Shown here: positions 47,077 through 57,299 of the stretch, one piece after another | Layout of the letters: each line of letters begins with the position of its first letter | Position numbering within the stretch: the first letter of the stretch is position 1 | Assembly (NCBI GenBank): GCA_958296135.2 | Contig: CATQHZ020000001.1 | Span: 2,208,001-2,272,000, forward strand | Length of the DNA: 64,000 nt | Origin: an uncultured Poribacteria bacterium | GTDB lineage: Bacteria > Poribacteria > WGA-4E > WGA-3G | Reading direction: 5' to 3' | Made by a program: the position numbers and the translations under genes | The notes under the pieces: generated by a model | The model's database searches: none | What the model was told of the DNA's origin: nothing | What the model saw: the letters and a program-made list of their open reading frames with translations, nothing else

Positions 47077-48255
47077 CTATCGCAAGGGAATTGGCGGTAA
47101 CGCCGGCAAATCCATCCATCTCCGATTTTTCCACGATTCCATCCCCTTCTCCGCCAATTGCACCCCTTTCGCACCGGCGAGGAGCGTCCACGGAAACGGC
47201 TCATCGGCGACGACATGCCGGAGGAAAAGCTCCCACTGCGCTTTGAAGGCGTTCTCGTAGGGCTCCTGTTCCGGCACCTTGAGCCATCCATCAAAGAATC
47301 GGACCGGCTGTTCGATGTCCGGATTCCAGACAGGACGCGGTGTGGCCGAAAGCGGTTGCATCCAGCATTCTCGCAAACCGGCGACAGCCGAACCGTTCAA
47401 GCCGTCTACCTGGATTGTCAACAGATCCTCGCGTCTCACGCGCACTGCCCACGATGAGTTAAAGTGCGCGACGATGCCGCCCGCCAATTCAAACGTAGCA
47501 TACGCCGCATCCTCTGCCGTGCAAGGGTAGGGTTGATTCTCTTCATCCCACCGCTGCGCAAGATGCGTCGCGGCGAAACAGGAGACACCTTTCACTTCAC
47601 CGAACAGGTTGTCAAGGACATACCGCCAGTGGCTGAACATATCCAGAATAATTCCGCCGCCATCTTCGGCACGGTAATTCCACGAGGGGCGCTGCGTCGC
47701 GATAGCATCGCCTTGGAAAACCCAATAGCCGAATTCGCCGCGGACCGCGATAATCTTCCCGAAAAAATCGGCATCGATGAGACGTTTCAGTTTTCGGAGA
47801 CCGGGCAGCCAAAGTTTGTCTTGAACAACCCCGTTTTTGACTCCCGCGCTCGTCGCCTGTTCGTAGAGCGCGTAGGCATCCGCCGTTGAGGTAGCAGTGG
47901 GTTTTTCGCAGTAAATGTGCTTGCCTCCGGCAATTGCAGCGCGCACCGCGTCCACGCGACGTGAGGTAACCTGCGCATCAAAATAGACATCATACGCATC
48001 ATCGGCGAGGACTGCGTCCACATCGGTGCTCCACTTTTCAACGCCGGAGAGCTCCGACAACTTTTCGAGTTTCACCGGATTCCTGCCGACGAGAACCGGG
48101 TCTGGGATAATCACCTCGCCGTTACCGAGTGGGATACCGCCTTCCTTGACTATCGCCAAAATGGAGCGGAGGAGGTGTTGGTTCGTGCCCATCCTGCCGG
48201 TGACACCGTTCATAATGATGCCAACGCGATGGACGTTTTGGTTCTGATTCTTCAT
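47077..48255 (-). CDS. Gfo/Idh/MocA family oxidoreductase
   Basis: IIMNGVTGRMG, HIYCEKP, GGGIILDMFSHW. Confidence 0.88.
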   Translation of the reverse strand: MKNQNQNVHRVGIIMNGVTGRMGTNQHLLRSILAIVKEGGIPLGNGEVIIPDPVLVGRNPVKLEKLSELSGVEKWSTDVDAVLADDAYDVYFDAQVTSRRVDAVRAAIAGGKHIYCEKPTATSTADAYALYEQATSAGVKNGVVQDKLWLPGLRKLKRLIDADFFGKIIAVRGEFGYWVFQGDAIATQRPSWNYRAEDGGGIILDMFSHWRYVLDNLFGEVKGVSCFAATHLAQRWDEENQPYPCTAEDAAYATFELAGGIVAHFNSSWAVRVRREDLLTIQVDGLNGSAVAGLRECWMQPLSATPRPVWNPDIEQPVRFFDGWLKVPEQEPYENAFKAQWELFLRHVVADEPFPWTLLAGAKGVQLAEKGMESWKNRRWMDLPALPPIPLR

Positions 48256-48307
48256 GTCTATCCTTATGAATGCGAAACAGAAGTGTGTCCTGCTGGTCGC
48301 GCAGTTA

Positions 48308-48751
48308 TTATGGTTTGTCGGTGCATTGCGGTGCCGCGCCTTCCGGGAGCGGGGGCGCGTCCACACCAGCCTTCGGGAGTGTGCCAGCCAACTCTTGCTT
48401 CCAATGCGCAACATCACCGGCTGGACCGTAGCAGTAAATCATCTGCATCGGCGTATCGCCAGTATTGGTCAACTGGTGGAAAACCCACGACGGAATAAAG
48501 ACAGTCTGGCCGGCAGCGAGCGGCTGCCGTTCCTCACCGAGGCACATTTCGCCCGCGCCTTCAACGATGAAGTAGATCTCCTCTTGTTCGTGGTTGTGCC
48601 ACGGGACTTGCCCGCCATTTGGTTCTAACGTCACAACCCCCATACAGAATGCGTCTATCTGAATCGGCGAGGCACCGCCGACGAGGTTTTTAGTTGTTCG
48701 GCGGGCCGGGTAAGTGCGCCCATCCATTTCGTTTACATCTGCGATAAGCAT
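48308..48751 (-). CDS. Cupin domain protein
   Basis: PWHNHEQEEIYFIVEG and FIPSWVFHQLTN cupin motifs; start 48751 (the upstream extension is repeat-derived). Confidence 0.85.
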   Translation of the reverse strand: MLIADVNEMDGRTYPARRTTKNLVGGASPIQIDAFCMGVVTLEPNGGQVPWHNHEQEEIYFIVEGAGEMCLGEERQPLAAGQTVFIPSWVFHQLTNTGDTPMQMIYCYGPAGDVAHWKQELAGTLPKAGVDAPPLPEGAAPQCTDKP

Positions 48752-48762
48752 GATAGCGTGTC

Positions 48763-48879
48763 CTTTTACCTTTGTAGGAGCGAGATTCACCAGTAGGAGG
48801 GACCTCCCGGTCCCGAATGCGTATCCTTTACCTTTGTAGGAGCGAGATTCACCAGTCGGAGGGACCTCCCGGTCCCGAA
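48763..48879 (+). repeat. Two tandem ~61-bp GTAGGAG-type REP-like units
   Basis: TTTACCTTTGTAGGAGCGAGATTCACCAGT[A/C]GGAGGGACCTCCCGGTCCCGAA x2; related to the repeat at 10984. Confidence 0.8.
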
Positions 48880-48915
48880 ACAGTGTCGGGGAGGTTTCCA
48901 ACTCTCAAATCTGAG

Positions 48916-49518
48916 TTATGCAAAAAGTTCCGCAACAGCGCAAGAAAACCCTTCGACGACATCTTCACCCGTGAGCGTATCGTTTCGCGTCAGCAGCTTG
49001 ATGTCTGTCTCCGAACGATACACTATCACCGTCTTTGACTTCGGCTCAACCACCCATACCACCTGTGTGCCAGCCGCCAGATAGGCAAACGCCTTTTCCA
49101 CAAGCCGACCTAACACGTCTGTGGGGGACACCACCTCTACGGCGAGGTCCGGCGGAATCTGAAACGCCTTGCTGATGTCATCAGGGACGCGTGCCTTTGA
49201 CACAAACGCAACGTCGGGGATGAGCATCCGCTCACCAACCCGAAACCCCGCCGAGGAGACATGGATATCCCCCAGTTGATTTTCACGAACGTGCAGCGTT
49301 AACAGCACAATGAGGTTGACGCTAATCTTACTGTGTTGCCCTGATGTCGGCGGCATAGGAACTAATTCTCCATCAATGTATTCATATCCCTCCAAATCGC
49401 TTTCAAGGAATTCCTCCAACGTCATCGTGATAGATGATGCTGGCGGCGCAACCTCTGGGGCGAGTGGTGGGGGTGGATACGCGCTCGCGAGCGGCGCACT
49501 CACTTCTTGGGCAGGCAT
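48916..49518 (-). CDS. Uma2 (DUF820) endonuclease, tandem copy 4
   Basis: MTLEEFL, YEYIDGEL, PDVAFVS, PDLAVEVVSP; GGAGG RBS before MPAQEV. Confidence 0.9.
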   Translation of the reverse strand: MPAQEVSAPLASAYPPPPLAPEVAPPASSITMTLEEFLESDLEGYEYIDGELVPMPPTSGQHSKISVNLIVLLTLHVRENQLGDIHVSSAGFRVGERMLIPDVAFVSKARVPDDISKAFQIPPDLAVEVVSPTDVLGRLVEKAFAYLAAGTQVVWVVEPKSKTVIVYRSETDIKLLTRNDTLTGEDVVEGFSCAVAELFA

Positions 49519-49552
49519 GTTCTTATTCCTCCGCAATACGTTTATTTCGGAA

Positions 49553-50149
49553 CTATGCAAAAAGTTCCGCAACAGCGCAAGAAAACCCTTCAACGACTTC
49601 TTCACCCGTCAGGGTGTCGTTTCGCGTCAGCAACTTGATATCGGTTTCCGAACGATACACCGTCACCGTTTTCAACCTCGGATGAAGCACCCATACCACC
49701 TGTGTGCCGGCTGCCAGATAGGCAAACGCCTTTTCCTCGATCCGCTCTGACACGTCTGTTGGAGAAACTACCTCTACGGCGAGGTCCGGCGGAATTGGAG
49801 ATGCCTTATCGGTGTCGTCGGGTATCCGTGCATCTGAGACAAACGCAATATCCGGGATGAGCATCCGCTCGCCAACCCGAAACCCCGCGGCCGCATAAAC
49901 ATCCCCCAACTGATTTTCACGAACGTGCAGCAGTAAGCGCGAACTGATTTTGGTGCTAATCTTGCCGTGTTTCAGTGAGGTGGGCATCCTCGGTATTAAT
50001 TCTCCTTCAATGTATTCATATCCCTCCAAATCACTGGCGAGGAATTCCTCCAATGTCATCTTGACAGATTCCGGTGGAACAACCTCTGGGGCGAGTGGTG
50101 GGGGTGGATACGCGCTCGCGAGCGGCGCACTCACTTCTTGGGCAGGCAT
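49553..50149 (-). CDS. Uma2 (DUF820) endonuclease, tandem copy 3
   Basis: Same motifs as copy 4; GGAGG RBS. Confidence 0.9.
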   Translation of the reverse strand: MPAQEVSAPLASAYPPPPLAPEVVPPESVKMTLEEFLASDLEGYEYIEGELIPRMPTSLKHGKISTKISSRLLLHVRENQLGDVYAAAGFRVGERMLIPDIAFVSDARIPDDTDKASPIPPDLAVEVVSPTDVSERIEEKAFAYLAAGTQVVWVLHPRLKTVTVYRSETDIKLLTRNDTLTGEEVVEGFSCAVAELFA

Positions 50150-50183
50150 GTTCTTATTCCTCCGCAATACGTTTATTTCGGAA

Positions 50184-50786
50184 CTATGCAAAGAGTTCCG
50201 CAACAGCGCAAGAAAACCCTTCAACGACTTCTTCACCGGTGAGCGTGTCGTTTCGCGTCAGCAGCTTGATGTCTGTCTCCGAACGATACACCGTCACCGT
50301 TTTTGACCTCGGATGAAGCACCCATACCACCTGTGTGCCGGCTGCCAGATAGGCAAACGCCTTTTCCTCGATCCGCTCTGACACGTCTGTTGGAGAAACT
50401 ACCTCTACGGCGAGGTCCGGCGGAATCTGAAACGCCTTGCTGATGTCATCAGGGACGCGTGAGTTTGACACAAACGCAACGTCAGGGATGAGCATCCGCT
50501 CACCAACCCGAAACCCTGTATCTGACGAATAAATATCCCCCAACTGGTTTCCACGAACGTGCGAACCTAGTGACAAAATGATGCTGATATTAATCTTACC
50601 ATGTTCTCCTGACGTAGGCATCCTCGGTATTAATTCTCCTTCAATGTATTCATATCCCTCCAAATCGCTTTCAAGGAATTCCTCCAACGTCATCGTGACG
50701 GATGATGCTGGCGGCGCAACCTCTGGGGCGAGTGGCGGGGGTGGATACGCGCCCGCGAGCGGCGCACTCACTTCTTGGGCAGGCAT
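50184..50786 (-). CDS. Uma2 (DUF820) endonuclease, tandem copy 2
   Basis: Same motifs as copy 4; GGAGG RBS. Confidence 0.9.
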   Translation of the reverse strand: MPAQEVSAPLAGAYPPPPLAPEVAPPASSVTMTLEEFLESDLEGYEYIEGELIPRMPTSGEHGKINISIILSLGSHVRGNQLGDIYSSDTGFRVGERMLIPDVAFVSNSRVPDDISKAFQIPPDLAVEVVSPTDVSERIEEKAFAYLAAGTQVVWVLHPRSKTVTVYRSETDIKLLTRNDTLTGEEVVEGFSCAVAELFA

Positions 50787-50820
50787 GCTCTTCTCCCTCC
50801 ACAATGCGTTTATTTCGGAA

Positions 50821-51420
50821 CTATGCAAAAAGTTCCGCCACGGGGCAAGAAAACCCTTCAACGACTTCTTCACCCGTGAGCGTGTCGTTTCGCGTCAGCA
50901 GCTTGATGTCTGTCTCCGAACGATACACTATCACCGTCTTTGACTTCGGCTCAACCACCCATACCACCTGTGTGCCAGCCGCCAGATAGGCAAACGCCTT
51001 TTCCACAATCCGGCCTAACACATCTGTGGGGGACACCACCTCTACGGCGAGGTCCGGCGGAATTGGGGCGGCCTTATTCATGTCGTCGGGGATGCGTGAG
51101 TTTGACACAAACGCAATATCCGGGATGAGCATCCGCTCACCAACCCGAAACCCCGCCGAGGAGACATGGATATCTCCCAGTTGATTTTCACGAACGTGCA
51201 AACCTAGCGGCAAAATGAGGTTGACGCTAATCTTGCTGTGTTTCAGTGACGTAGGCATCTTCGGTATTAATTCTCCGTTAACGTATTCGTATTGCTCCAG
51301 GTCACTTTCAAGGAATTCCTCCAACGTCATCTTGACGTGCTCGGGGAGGATTTCTTCTGGTGCTACTGGGACAGGGGGATACGCACCTGCAGGAGGCGCG
51401 CTATATTCTTGTGCGTTCAT
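50821..51420 (-). CDS. Uma2 (DUF820) endonuclease, tandem copy 1
   Basis: Same motifs as copy 4; GGAGG RBS before MNAQEY. Confidence 0.9.
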   Translation of the reverse strand: MNAQEYSAPPAGAYPPVPVAPEEILPEHVKMTLEEFLESDLEQYEYVNGELIPKMPTSLKHSKISVNLILPLGLHVRENQLGDIHVSSAGFRVGERMLIPDIAFVSNSRIPDDMNKAAPIPPDLAVEVVSPTDVLGRIVEKAFAYLAAGTQVVWVVEPKSKTVIVYRSETDIKLLTRNDTLTGEEVVEGFSCPVAELFA

Positions 51421-51475
51421 TTTCTTATCCCTCCGCAATATAGTTTTTTAGGCTCCGTTTTTTTTAAAGTTATCG

Positions 51476-51504
51476 GTAGGCGCGCTTGGCAAACGCGCCT
51501 ACCG
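51476..51504. repeat. Double-footed GTAGGCGCG REP-like palindrome (similar copies near 6570, 16196, 18327, 24447, 54240)
   Basis: GGTAGGCGCGCTTGGCAAACGCGCCTACC; related hairpins recur in many intergenic spaces. Confidence 0.75.
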
Positions 51505-51518
51505 ATGGCCTGATTATC

Positions 51519-54152
51519 CTACTCCGCTTCAATTACCGCCTGCGCCGCGGCGAGACGCGCAATCGGCACACGGAACGGAGAACAAGACACGTAATTGAAC
51601 CCTAAGCCGTAGCAGAACTTCACGGAACTCGGTTCACCGCCGTGTTCGCCACAGATACCGACTTTGAGTTCGGGGCGCGTTGCGCGTCCCTTCTCAGTCC
51701 CGACTCGTAAGAGAGTGCCGACACCTTCCCGGTCGAGGACTTGGAACGGGTCATACTCCAGCACACCGTTTGCGACATACTCCCCGAGGAATTTCTCCGC
51801 GTCGTCGCGGCTCATCCCGAACGTCGTCTGCGTCAGATCATTCGTGCCGTAGGAGAAAAACTCCGCCTCCCCGGCGATTTTGTCCGCGGTGATAGCGGCG
51901 CGCGGCAGCTCAATCATGGTGCCAACGAGATAGTCGATGTGGGTGCCCGCTTCTTCAAAGACAGCCTTTGCCGTTTCAACGACTATCTTGCGCTGCAAGG
52001 AGAATTCGTTGATATGCCCGACGAGCGGAATCATAATCTCCGGCAACACCTGAATCCCACGCTGCGTAACATCCACTGCTGCCTCGAAAATGGCGCGCGC
52101 CTGCATCTCGGTTATCTCCGGATACGCAATGCCAAGTCTGCAACCGCGATGTCCGAGCATCGGGTTGAATTCGTGCAGCTCCTCAACGCGTTCACTCAGT
52201 CTCTGAGCGGAGACTCCCAGACGCGCCGCGAGCGCCTCAATTTCCGATGCTGTCTTCGGCAGAAATTCGTGCAGCGGCGGATCGAGCGTGCGAATAGTGA
52301 CCGGATAACCGGCCATCGCCTCAAAAATGCCGATGAAGTCTGAACGCTGGTGCGGGAGCAGCTTCGCGAGCGCCCGTTCGCGCTCCGCCGTGCTATCGGC
52401 GAGAATCATCTCGCGCACCGCATCGATGCCGGTGCCGAAGAACATGTGCTCGGTGCGGCAGAGCCCAATGCCTTCCGCACCAAATCCCCTAGCGTTCTTG
52501 GCATCTTCCGGTGTATCTGCATTCGTGCGCACATCCAGCGTGCGAATCTCATCTGCCCACTCCATGAGCACCCCAAACTGCCCACTCAATTCGGGTTGGA
52601 TGAGGGTGACCTCCCCGCTGAGGACATCGCCGGTGGAGCCGTTCAACGTGATGTCATCGCCCTCCGCGTAACGTTTCCCCGCAGCGTAAAATTCACGTTT
52701 CGCCTCATCAATAAAGAGCGAACCACACCCCGCAACACAACATTTCCCCATCCCGCGGGCAACGACAGCAGCGTGACTCGTCATCCCGCCGCGGGCCGTG
52801 AGAATACCCTCGGCCGCATCCATCCCACCGATATCCTCCGGCGAGGTTTCAGCCCGAACCAGAATCACTTTTTCACCGGCGGCAGCAAGCTCTTCCGCAC
52901 GCGTCGCTGTGAAAACGACTTTGCCGACAGCAGCACCCGGAGAAGCAGGCAATCCTTGCGCGATAACCTCAACCGTAGCACTCGGGTCGACCCGAGGATG
53001 CAGCAGCTGATCCAAGTCGCCTGCCGGCACGCGCGTGAGCGCCGTGTTTTTGTCAATCAAGCCCTCCGCAACCATCTCCACGGCGATACGGACAGCCGAC
53101 TGCCCAGTCCGTTTACCATTCCGGGTCTGGAGCATGAAGAGTTGGCCATCCTGAATCGTGAACTCCACATCCTGCATATCGCGGTAATGCTTCTCTAACC
53201 GCTGGCCGATATCTACCAACTGTGTATAAGCATCTGGCGAGAGATTCTGCAATTCAACGATAGGCAGCGGCGTGCGAATCCCTGCCACAACGTCTTCACC
53301 CTGCGCGTTCATCAGAAATTCGCCGTAAAATACGTTCGCGCCAGTAGACGGGTTGCGCGTGAAAGCAACGCCTGTCCCAGAACTGCCGCCCATATTCCCG
53401 AATACCATCGCTTGGACATTGACAGCCGTACGGCCGAGCGCCTCGGAAATATCGTTTAGGCGGCGATACGTGATAGCGCGCGGGTTGCCAGAAGACTCAA
53501 ACACCGCATCCCGTGCCATATCAAGTTGTTGGCGCGGCGCGTCCGGAAAATCGCTACCCGTTTTCCGTTTGATAATCTGTTTAAATTCGTGAACGAGGCC
53601 CCGCAAATCAGCGGCATCAAGCTCCGTATCCAACGTAACACCCTTCGCCTGCTTCTTCGCTTCAAGCAGATGCTCAAACTCGTCGTGAGCTACCCGGAGC
53701 ACGACGTTGCCGAACATCTGAACAAAACGGCGATACGCATCGTAAGCGAAGCGTTCGTTTTCAGAACGGGCGATAAGCCCCTTCACCGTGTCGTCATTCA
53801 GACCGAGGTTCAGGATGGTATCCATCATCCCCGGCATTGAGACAGCGGCACCGGAACGGACAGAAAGGAGCAGGGGGTTCTCCGTATCGCCGAATGTGGC
53901 GTTCATGGCCCCTTCCACTTTCTGCAGGTTCTCGTCAATCTGTGCGTCCAATCCATCGGGATACTGCTTCTCGTTTTCGTAGTATAGTTTGCAAACCTCA
54001 GTGGAAATAGTGAATCCGGGCGGCACGGGAACTCCGAGGTTCGTCATTTCTGCGAGGTTCGCTCCTTTGCCACCGAGATGAAGGCGCATCGTCGCATCGC
54101 CCTCGCCTTCACCGGCACCAAAGAAGTAAACATACTTCGGTTGTGTCATCAA
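51519..54152 (-). CDS. ppdK: Pyruvate, phosphate dikinase
   Basis: LGGKGANLAEM, SVRSGA, GEDVVAGIRTP, GGMTSHAAVVARG, GLCRTEHMF, GTNDLTQ, GICGEHGG. Confidence 0.97.
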   Translation of the reverse strand: MMTQPKYVYFFGAGEGEGDATMRLHLGGKGANLAEMTNLGVPVPPGFTISTEVCKLYYENEKQYPDGLDAQIDENLQKVEGAMNATFGDTENPLLLSVRSGAAVSMPGMMDTILNLGLNDDTVKGLIARSENERFAYDAYRRFVQMFGNVVLRVAHDEFEHLLEAKKQAKGVTLDTELDAADLRGLVHEFKQIIKRKTGSDFPDAPRQQLDMARDAVFESSGNPRAITYRRLNDISEALGRTAVNVQAMVFGNMGGSSGTGVAFTRNPSTGANVFYGEFLMNAQGEDVVAGIRTPLPIVELQNLSPDAYTQLVDIGQRLEKHYRDMQDVEFTIQDGQLFMLQTRNGKRTGQSAVRIAVEMVAEGLIDKNTALTRVPAGDLDQLLHPRVDPSATVEVIAQGLPASPGAAVGKVVFTATRAEELAAAGEKVILVRAETSPEDIGGMDAAEGILTARGGMTSHAAVVARGMGKCCVAGCGSLFIDEAKREFYAAGKRYAEGDDITLNGSTGDVLSGEVTLIQPELSGQFGVLMEWADEIRTLDVRTNADTPEDAKNARGFGAEGIGLCRTEHMFFGTGIDAVREMILADSTAERERALAKLLPHQRSDFIGIFEAMAGYPVTIRTLDPPLHEFLPKTASEIEALAARLGVSAQRLSERVEELHEFNPMLGHRGCRLGIAYPEITEMQARAIFEAAVDVTQRGIQVLPEIMIPLVGHINEFSLQRKIVVETAKAVFEEAGTHIDYLVGTMIELPRAAITADKIAGEAEFFSYGTNDLTQTTFGMSRDDAEKFLGEYVANGVLEYDPFQVLDREGVGTLLRVGTEKGRATRPELKVGICGEHGGEPSSVKFCYGLGFNYVSCSPFRVPIARLAAAQAVIEAE

Positions 54153-54382
54153 AAGCCTCCTTAATGAGAGAAATAAAATAGGTTAATTTCGTCTTACAGA
54201 GACGAGACAATTCAATAGGACGGACGCAGAACAAACCCCGTAGGCACGCCTTGTAAGCGCGACTACCGGACAGGCGTTTCAGGAGTTTGCGTCCGGCCTG
54301 TTCAAATTAATTGGGTACTCGCGGACTCAAAAATCGTCCAATAATTCGGTAGGCGCGGTTTTTAGCCGAGCATAAATAAGTG

Positions 54383-55777
54383 CTAGATAGAATAAACCGT
54401 CCGACTTGCTTCATCAAATTCCGGTTTAAACGGATCTTCGGAGAGATAGAGGATTTGATGCGGCTCATAAATGTGAATGTAACTCCAATTCACACCGCCA
54501 AGCATCTTCCCTTCGTTGATTTTCTTGATAAACTTGCCCCGGAACTTGGCTCGAGTCCCCTTCGGCGGAAAGTGTTCCGCATGGCGAATCTGCTCATTGT
54601 CAACAATACGCTCAAGTTCATCCCGGTCTTCAAGAGTGTAGTAGAGACTAGACTCCGGTCGGACGTTGTGGTACTTCAGGTCGAGCAGCCGAATCTCCGG
54701 CGAACTCCATTTCAGCGAACGATTGGCGGCATAGGTTTGCAACCACTTCCACTTAATCACCCAGTCTACCTCGCGTTCCAACTGCATCGGATCTTTCTCA
54801 AGGCAGGTAAGGACGTACTCCCACCGCGCCATCACCTGTTCGGTTGTCGGATCGGACTCGGCTTGTTCAAGGTAACGCTTCGCACATTCCAGATAGTCCC
54901 ACTGAAGTTCAACAGCGGAACGCCGCTTCCCGTTTTCCAACTCAACCTGCCGGGTGCAAGTCGTATCATCGGAGATATGTCGGATAGCATCCACCGGTTT
55001 TCGGAGGGTGAACGGTTTCCGAATGAAGTTATCCTCAATCATGCGCAGCACGATGCCCGTCGTGCCAACCTTCAAAAAGGTCGAAAATTCGGACATGTTG
55101 GAATCGCCGACGATGACGTGTAAACGGCGGTACTTATCTCTGTCGGCGTGCGGTTCATCGCGGGTGTTGATAATGCCGCGGGCTGTCGTCGTGGCGATAG
55201 AAATCTCCTCGCGGATATGCTCAGCACGCTGCGAGATGGCGTATATCTCTGTCAGGGCTTTCGCACCAGAGTTACCAGTAAATTGACGGTGGTTCAACTT
55301 AATTTTACCAGCCCCTGCAAAAATTTGCCGTGTGACAAAAAAGGGGATGAGCTGCGCCGCCAATTGCCGGAAGTTAATGTGCCGCTCCATCAGATAGTTT
55401 TCGTGGCATCCGTAGGTGTTTCCGGAAGTATCCAGATTGTTTTTGAAAATCGAGATTTTTCCCCGGAAGCCATCGTTCCGCATACGCCGTTCCGCGGTGC
55501 TAGCGAGGCGTGTGATGATGCGTTCGCCGGCTTTGTCGTGTGCGACGAGCTCCGCGACATCATCGCATTCCGGGGTCGCGTATTCCGGGTGGCATCCGAT
55601 GTCTTGGTAAAACCGAGCCCCATTCTCCAAGAACACATCGGGGTAGTTTCGCCCGGCGGCGATTTCGCGGAAGAGATACATCACCGTATTTTGGACAGTG
55701 AGCCGTTTTGCGCGTACTTCATCCGGTGTCCATATTATCCCGAATTCGGTTTCCAAGCCATAAATTCTACGTTGCAT
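54383..55777 (-). CDS. pafA: Pup--protein ligase
   Basis: RRIYGLETEFG, NGARFYQDIGCHPEYATPEC, YGCHENY, RDEPHAD, RRLHVIVGDSN. Confidence 0.92.
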   Translation of the reverse strand: MQRRIYGLETEFGIIWTPDEVRAKRLTVQNTVMYLFREIAAGRNYPDVFLENGARFYQDIGCHPEYATPECDDVAELVAHDKAGERIITRLASTAERRMRNDGFRGKISIFKNNLDTSGNTYGCHENYLMERHINFRQLAAQLIPFFVTRQIFAGAGKIKLNHRQFTGNSGAKALTEIYAISQRAEHIREEISIATTTARGIINTRDEPHADRDKYRRLHVIVGDSNMSEFSTFLKVGTTGIVLRMIEDNFIRKPFTLRKPVDAIRHISDDTTCTRQVELENGKRRSAVELQWDYLECAKRYLEQAESDPTTEQVMARWEYVLTCLEKDPMQLEREVDWVIKWKWLQTYAANRSLKWSSPEIRLLDLKYHNVRPESSLYYTLEDRDELERIVDNEQIRHAEHFPPKGTRAKFRGKFIKKINEGKMLGGVNWSYIHIYEPHQILYLSEDPFKPEFDEASRTVYSI

Positions 55778-56486
55778 CGTCTATCCTTGCTATTTCGGCA
55801 ATCTCCTGCGTAGAGAGCCGTCGGAATTTGCGCCGTTCTGCACCGTGCTCAAGACACGCTACCTCGATTGTCTGTGGCGTGATGTCATACGCCTCTTCTG
55901 CCGCTGCTTCAATCGTTTGAAAACACCGAGTTGCAAGCTGCACCGCCGCCTGCATCTCTAAATTATCGGCATACTCCTGTTCAAGGATGTCCCGGATCGC
56001 TGCCGCGCGCCCACCGATGACAGCGTATTTTTCCTCTTCCCAATAGATGCCATCAAACGCGATGTGGTAAATCTGATTGCCGTGGAGGCCATCTTCGCTG
56101 CCCACCTCGCAAACGAGGAGTTCAATCTCAAGCGGTTTCGCGTCCCACGCCTGCGCAACCGCGCCCATGTGTTGCGAATAGAGGTTCGTCAACCACTTCG
56201 CCGTGACATCTTCGCGGTAATAGCGGAAACCTTTAATTTCAGCCTCACGGATACCCGCGACGCGGAGTGCCTCATACTCGGCGATGCGCCCAGCGGAGGC
56301 CAACGCAATCCGGTCGTAAATTTCAGAGATTTTAAAGGTGGTTTTACGCGGATTCTCCGCCACCATCAGGAGCCCGTCTCGGTATGCTAAAACGATGACC
56401 TCCTTGGTCTGCTGAATGCCTCGGCGGACAAAATCCTCTTTATCCTGACGGATTTGTTCCGGCGAGACATAATAGGGTGTGGACAC
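55767..56486 (-). CDS. prcA: 20S proteasome alpha subunit
   Basis: PYYVSPEQ N-terminus, KISEIYDRI, KPLEIELLV, FRRL; located within the operon. Confidence 0.92.
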   Translation of the reverse strand: MSTPYYVSPEQIRQDKEDFVRRGIQQTKEVIVLAYRDGLLMVAENPRKTTFKISEIYDRIALASAGRIAEYEALRVAGIREAEIKGFRYYREDVTAKWLTNLYSQHMGAVAQAWDAKPLEIELLVCEVGSEDGLHGNQIYHIAFDGIYWEEEKYAVIGGRAAAIRDILEQEYADNLEMQAAVQLATRCFQTIEAAAEEAYDITPQTIEVACLEHGAERRKFRRLSTQEIAEIARIDDAT

Positions 56487-56511
56487 TCAGCCGCCCTCCT
56501 TTCGTTCGCGA

Positions 56512-57297
56512 TTACCGGGGTTGTTCTAGGCGTGCGATGAGCTCGCGATAGAGTGCCGCAACGGTATCATCAGGAATTTCGGAGACACCCGCCTCGGTGA
56601 TGAGGTTCATCATCGGAAAAATCTTCCTGATGAAATCGGGGCCGCCGGTGGCGATATCCTCATCGGCGGCATCCCAGAGTGCTTCCGCCACGATGCCGAG
56701 CGCGTCGTGCTGCGATAACTTTGGACGATACCGCTTTTTCAGCGTCGCACGCGCATCCTTGCCCCCGGAACCGATGGCGTAATAGTCGTCTTCCTCATAA
56801 CGGCCACCGATGGCATCGTATTTGAAGATGCGGCCGTGCTGCCGCTTGACATCGTACCCGGCGAAGAGCGGCAAAACGATTAACCCCTGCAGGGCGAGCC
56901 CCAGATTCGAGCGGACAAGATGTGCCAAGAAGTTCGCCTGTCCCTCAAGGCTGAGGCTCACGCCTTCTGTCTTCTCGTAAAACTCCACCTCAACTTGGAA
57001 GAGTTTCGCCATCTCAATACAGGGCCCAGCCGCACCGGCAATGGCAATCGCGGAATGCCTGTCGATCTGGTAGACCTTTTGGATGCGCCGTTCGCCTACC
57101 TGATAGCCTTCCGTTGCCTGCCGGTCGCCAGCAATAACGATGCCCTCGTCGTAGACAACAGCCAAGACTGTGGTGCCCTCGTAATGATGGATGCCGGCAG
57201 TGTTTGCAGGCGCGTCCAGAGTGGCAAGCAATTCGGGGTGCCGCCGCCTCAGAATCTGGAGGAAATCGGAAGTGCCGTAGTCACCGAGCTCAAGCAA
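56512..57297 (-). CDS. prcB: 20S proteasome beta subunit with propeptide
   Basis: Propeptide ending EG|TTVLA (catalytic Thr1), AGDRQAT, GSGG, ATGGPD. Confidence 0.93.
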   Translation of the reverse strand: MLELGDYGTSDFLQILRRRHPELLATLDAPANTAGIHHYEGTTVLAVVYDEGIVIAGDRQATEGYQVGERRIQKVYQIDRHSAIAIAGAAGPCIEMAKLFQVEVEFYEKTEGVSLSLEGQANFLAHLVRSNLGLALQGLIVLPLFAGYDVKRQHGRIFKYDAIGGRYEEDDYYAIGSGGKDARATLKKRYRPKLSQHDALGIVAEALWDAADEDIATGGPDFIRKIFPMMNLITEAGVSEIPDDTVAALYRELIARLEQPR

Positions 57298-57299
57298 AC

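Noticed and set aside
48916-51420. Diversity-generating retroelement or shufflon behind the Uma2 variation
   Set aside because: No reverse transcriptase or recombinase is present, differences are not adenine-specific, and all copies are direct and full-length.
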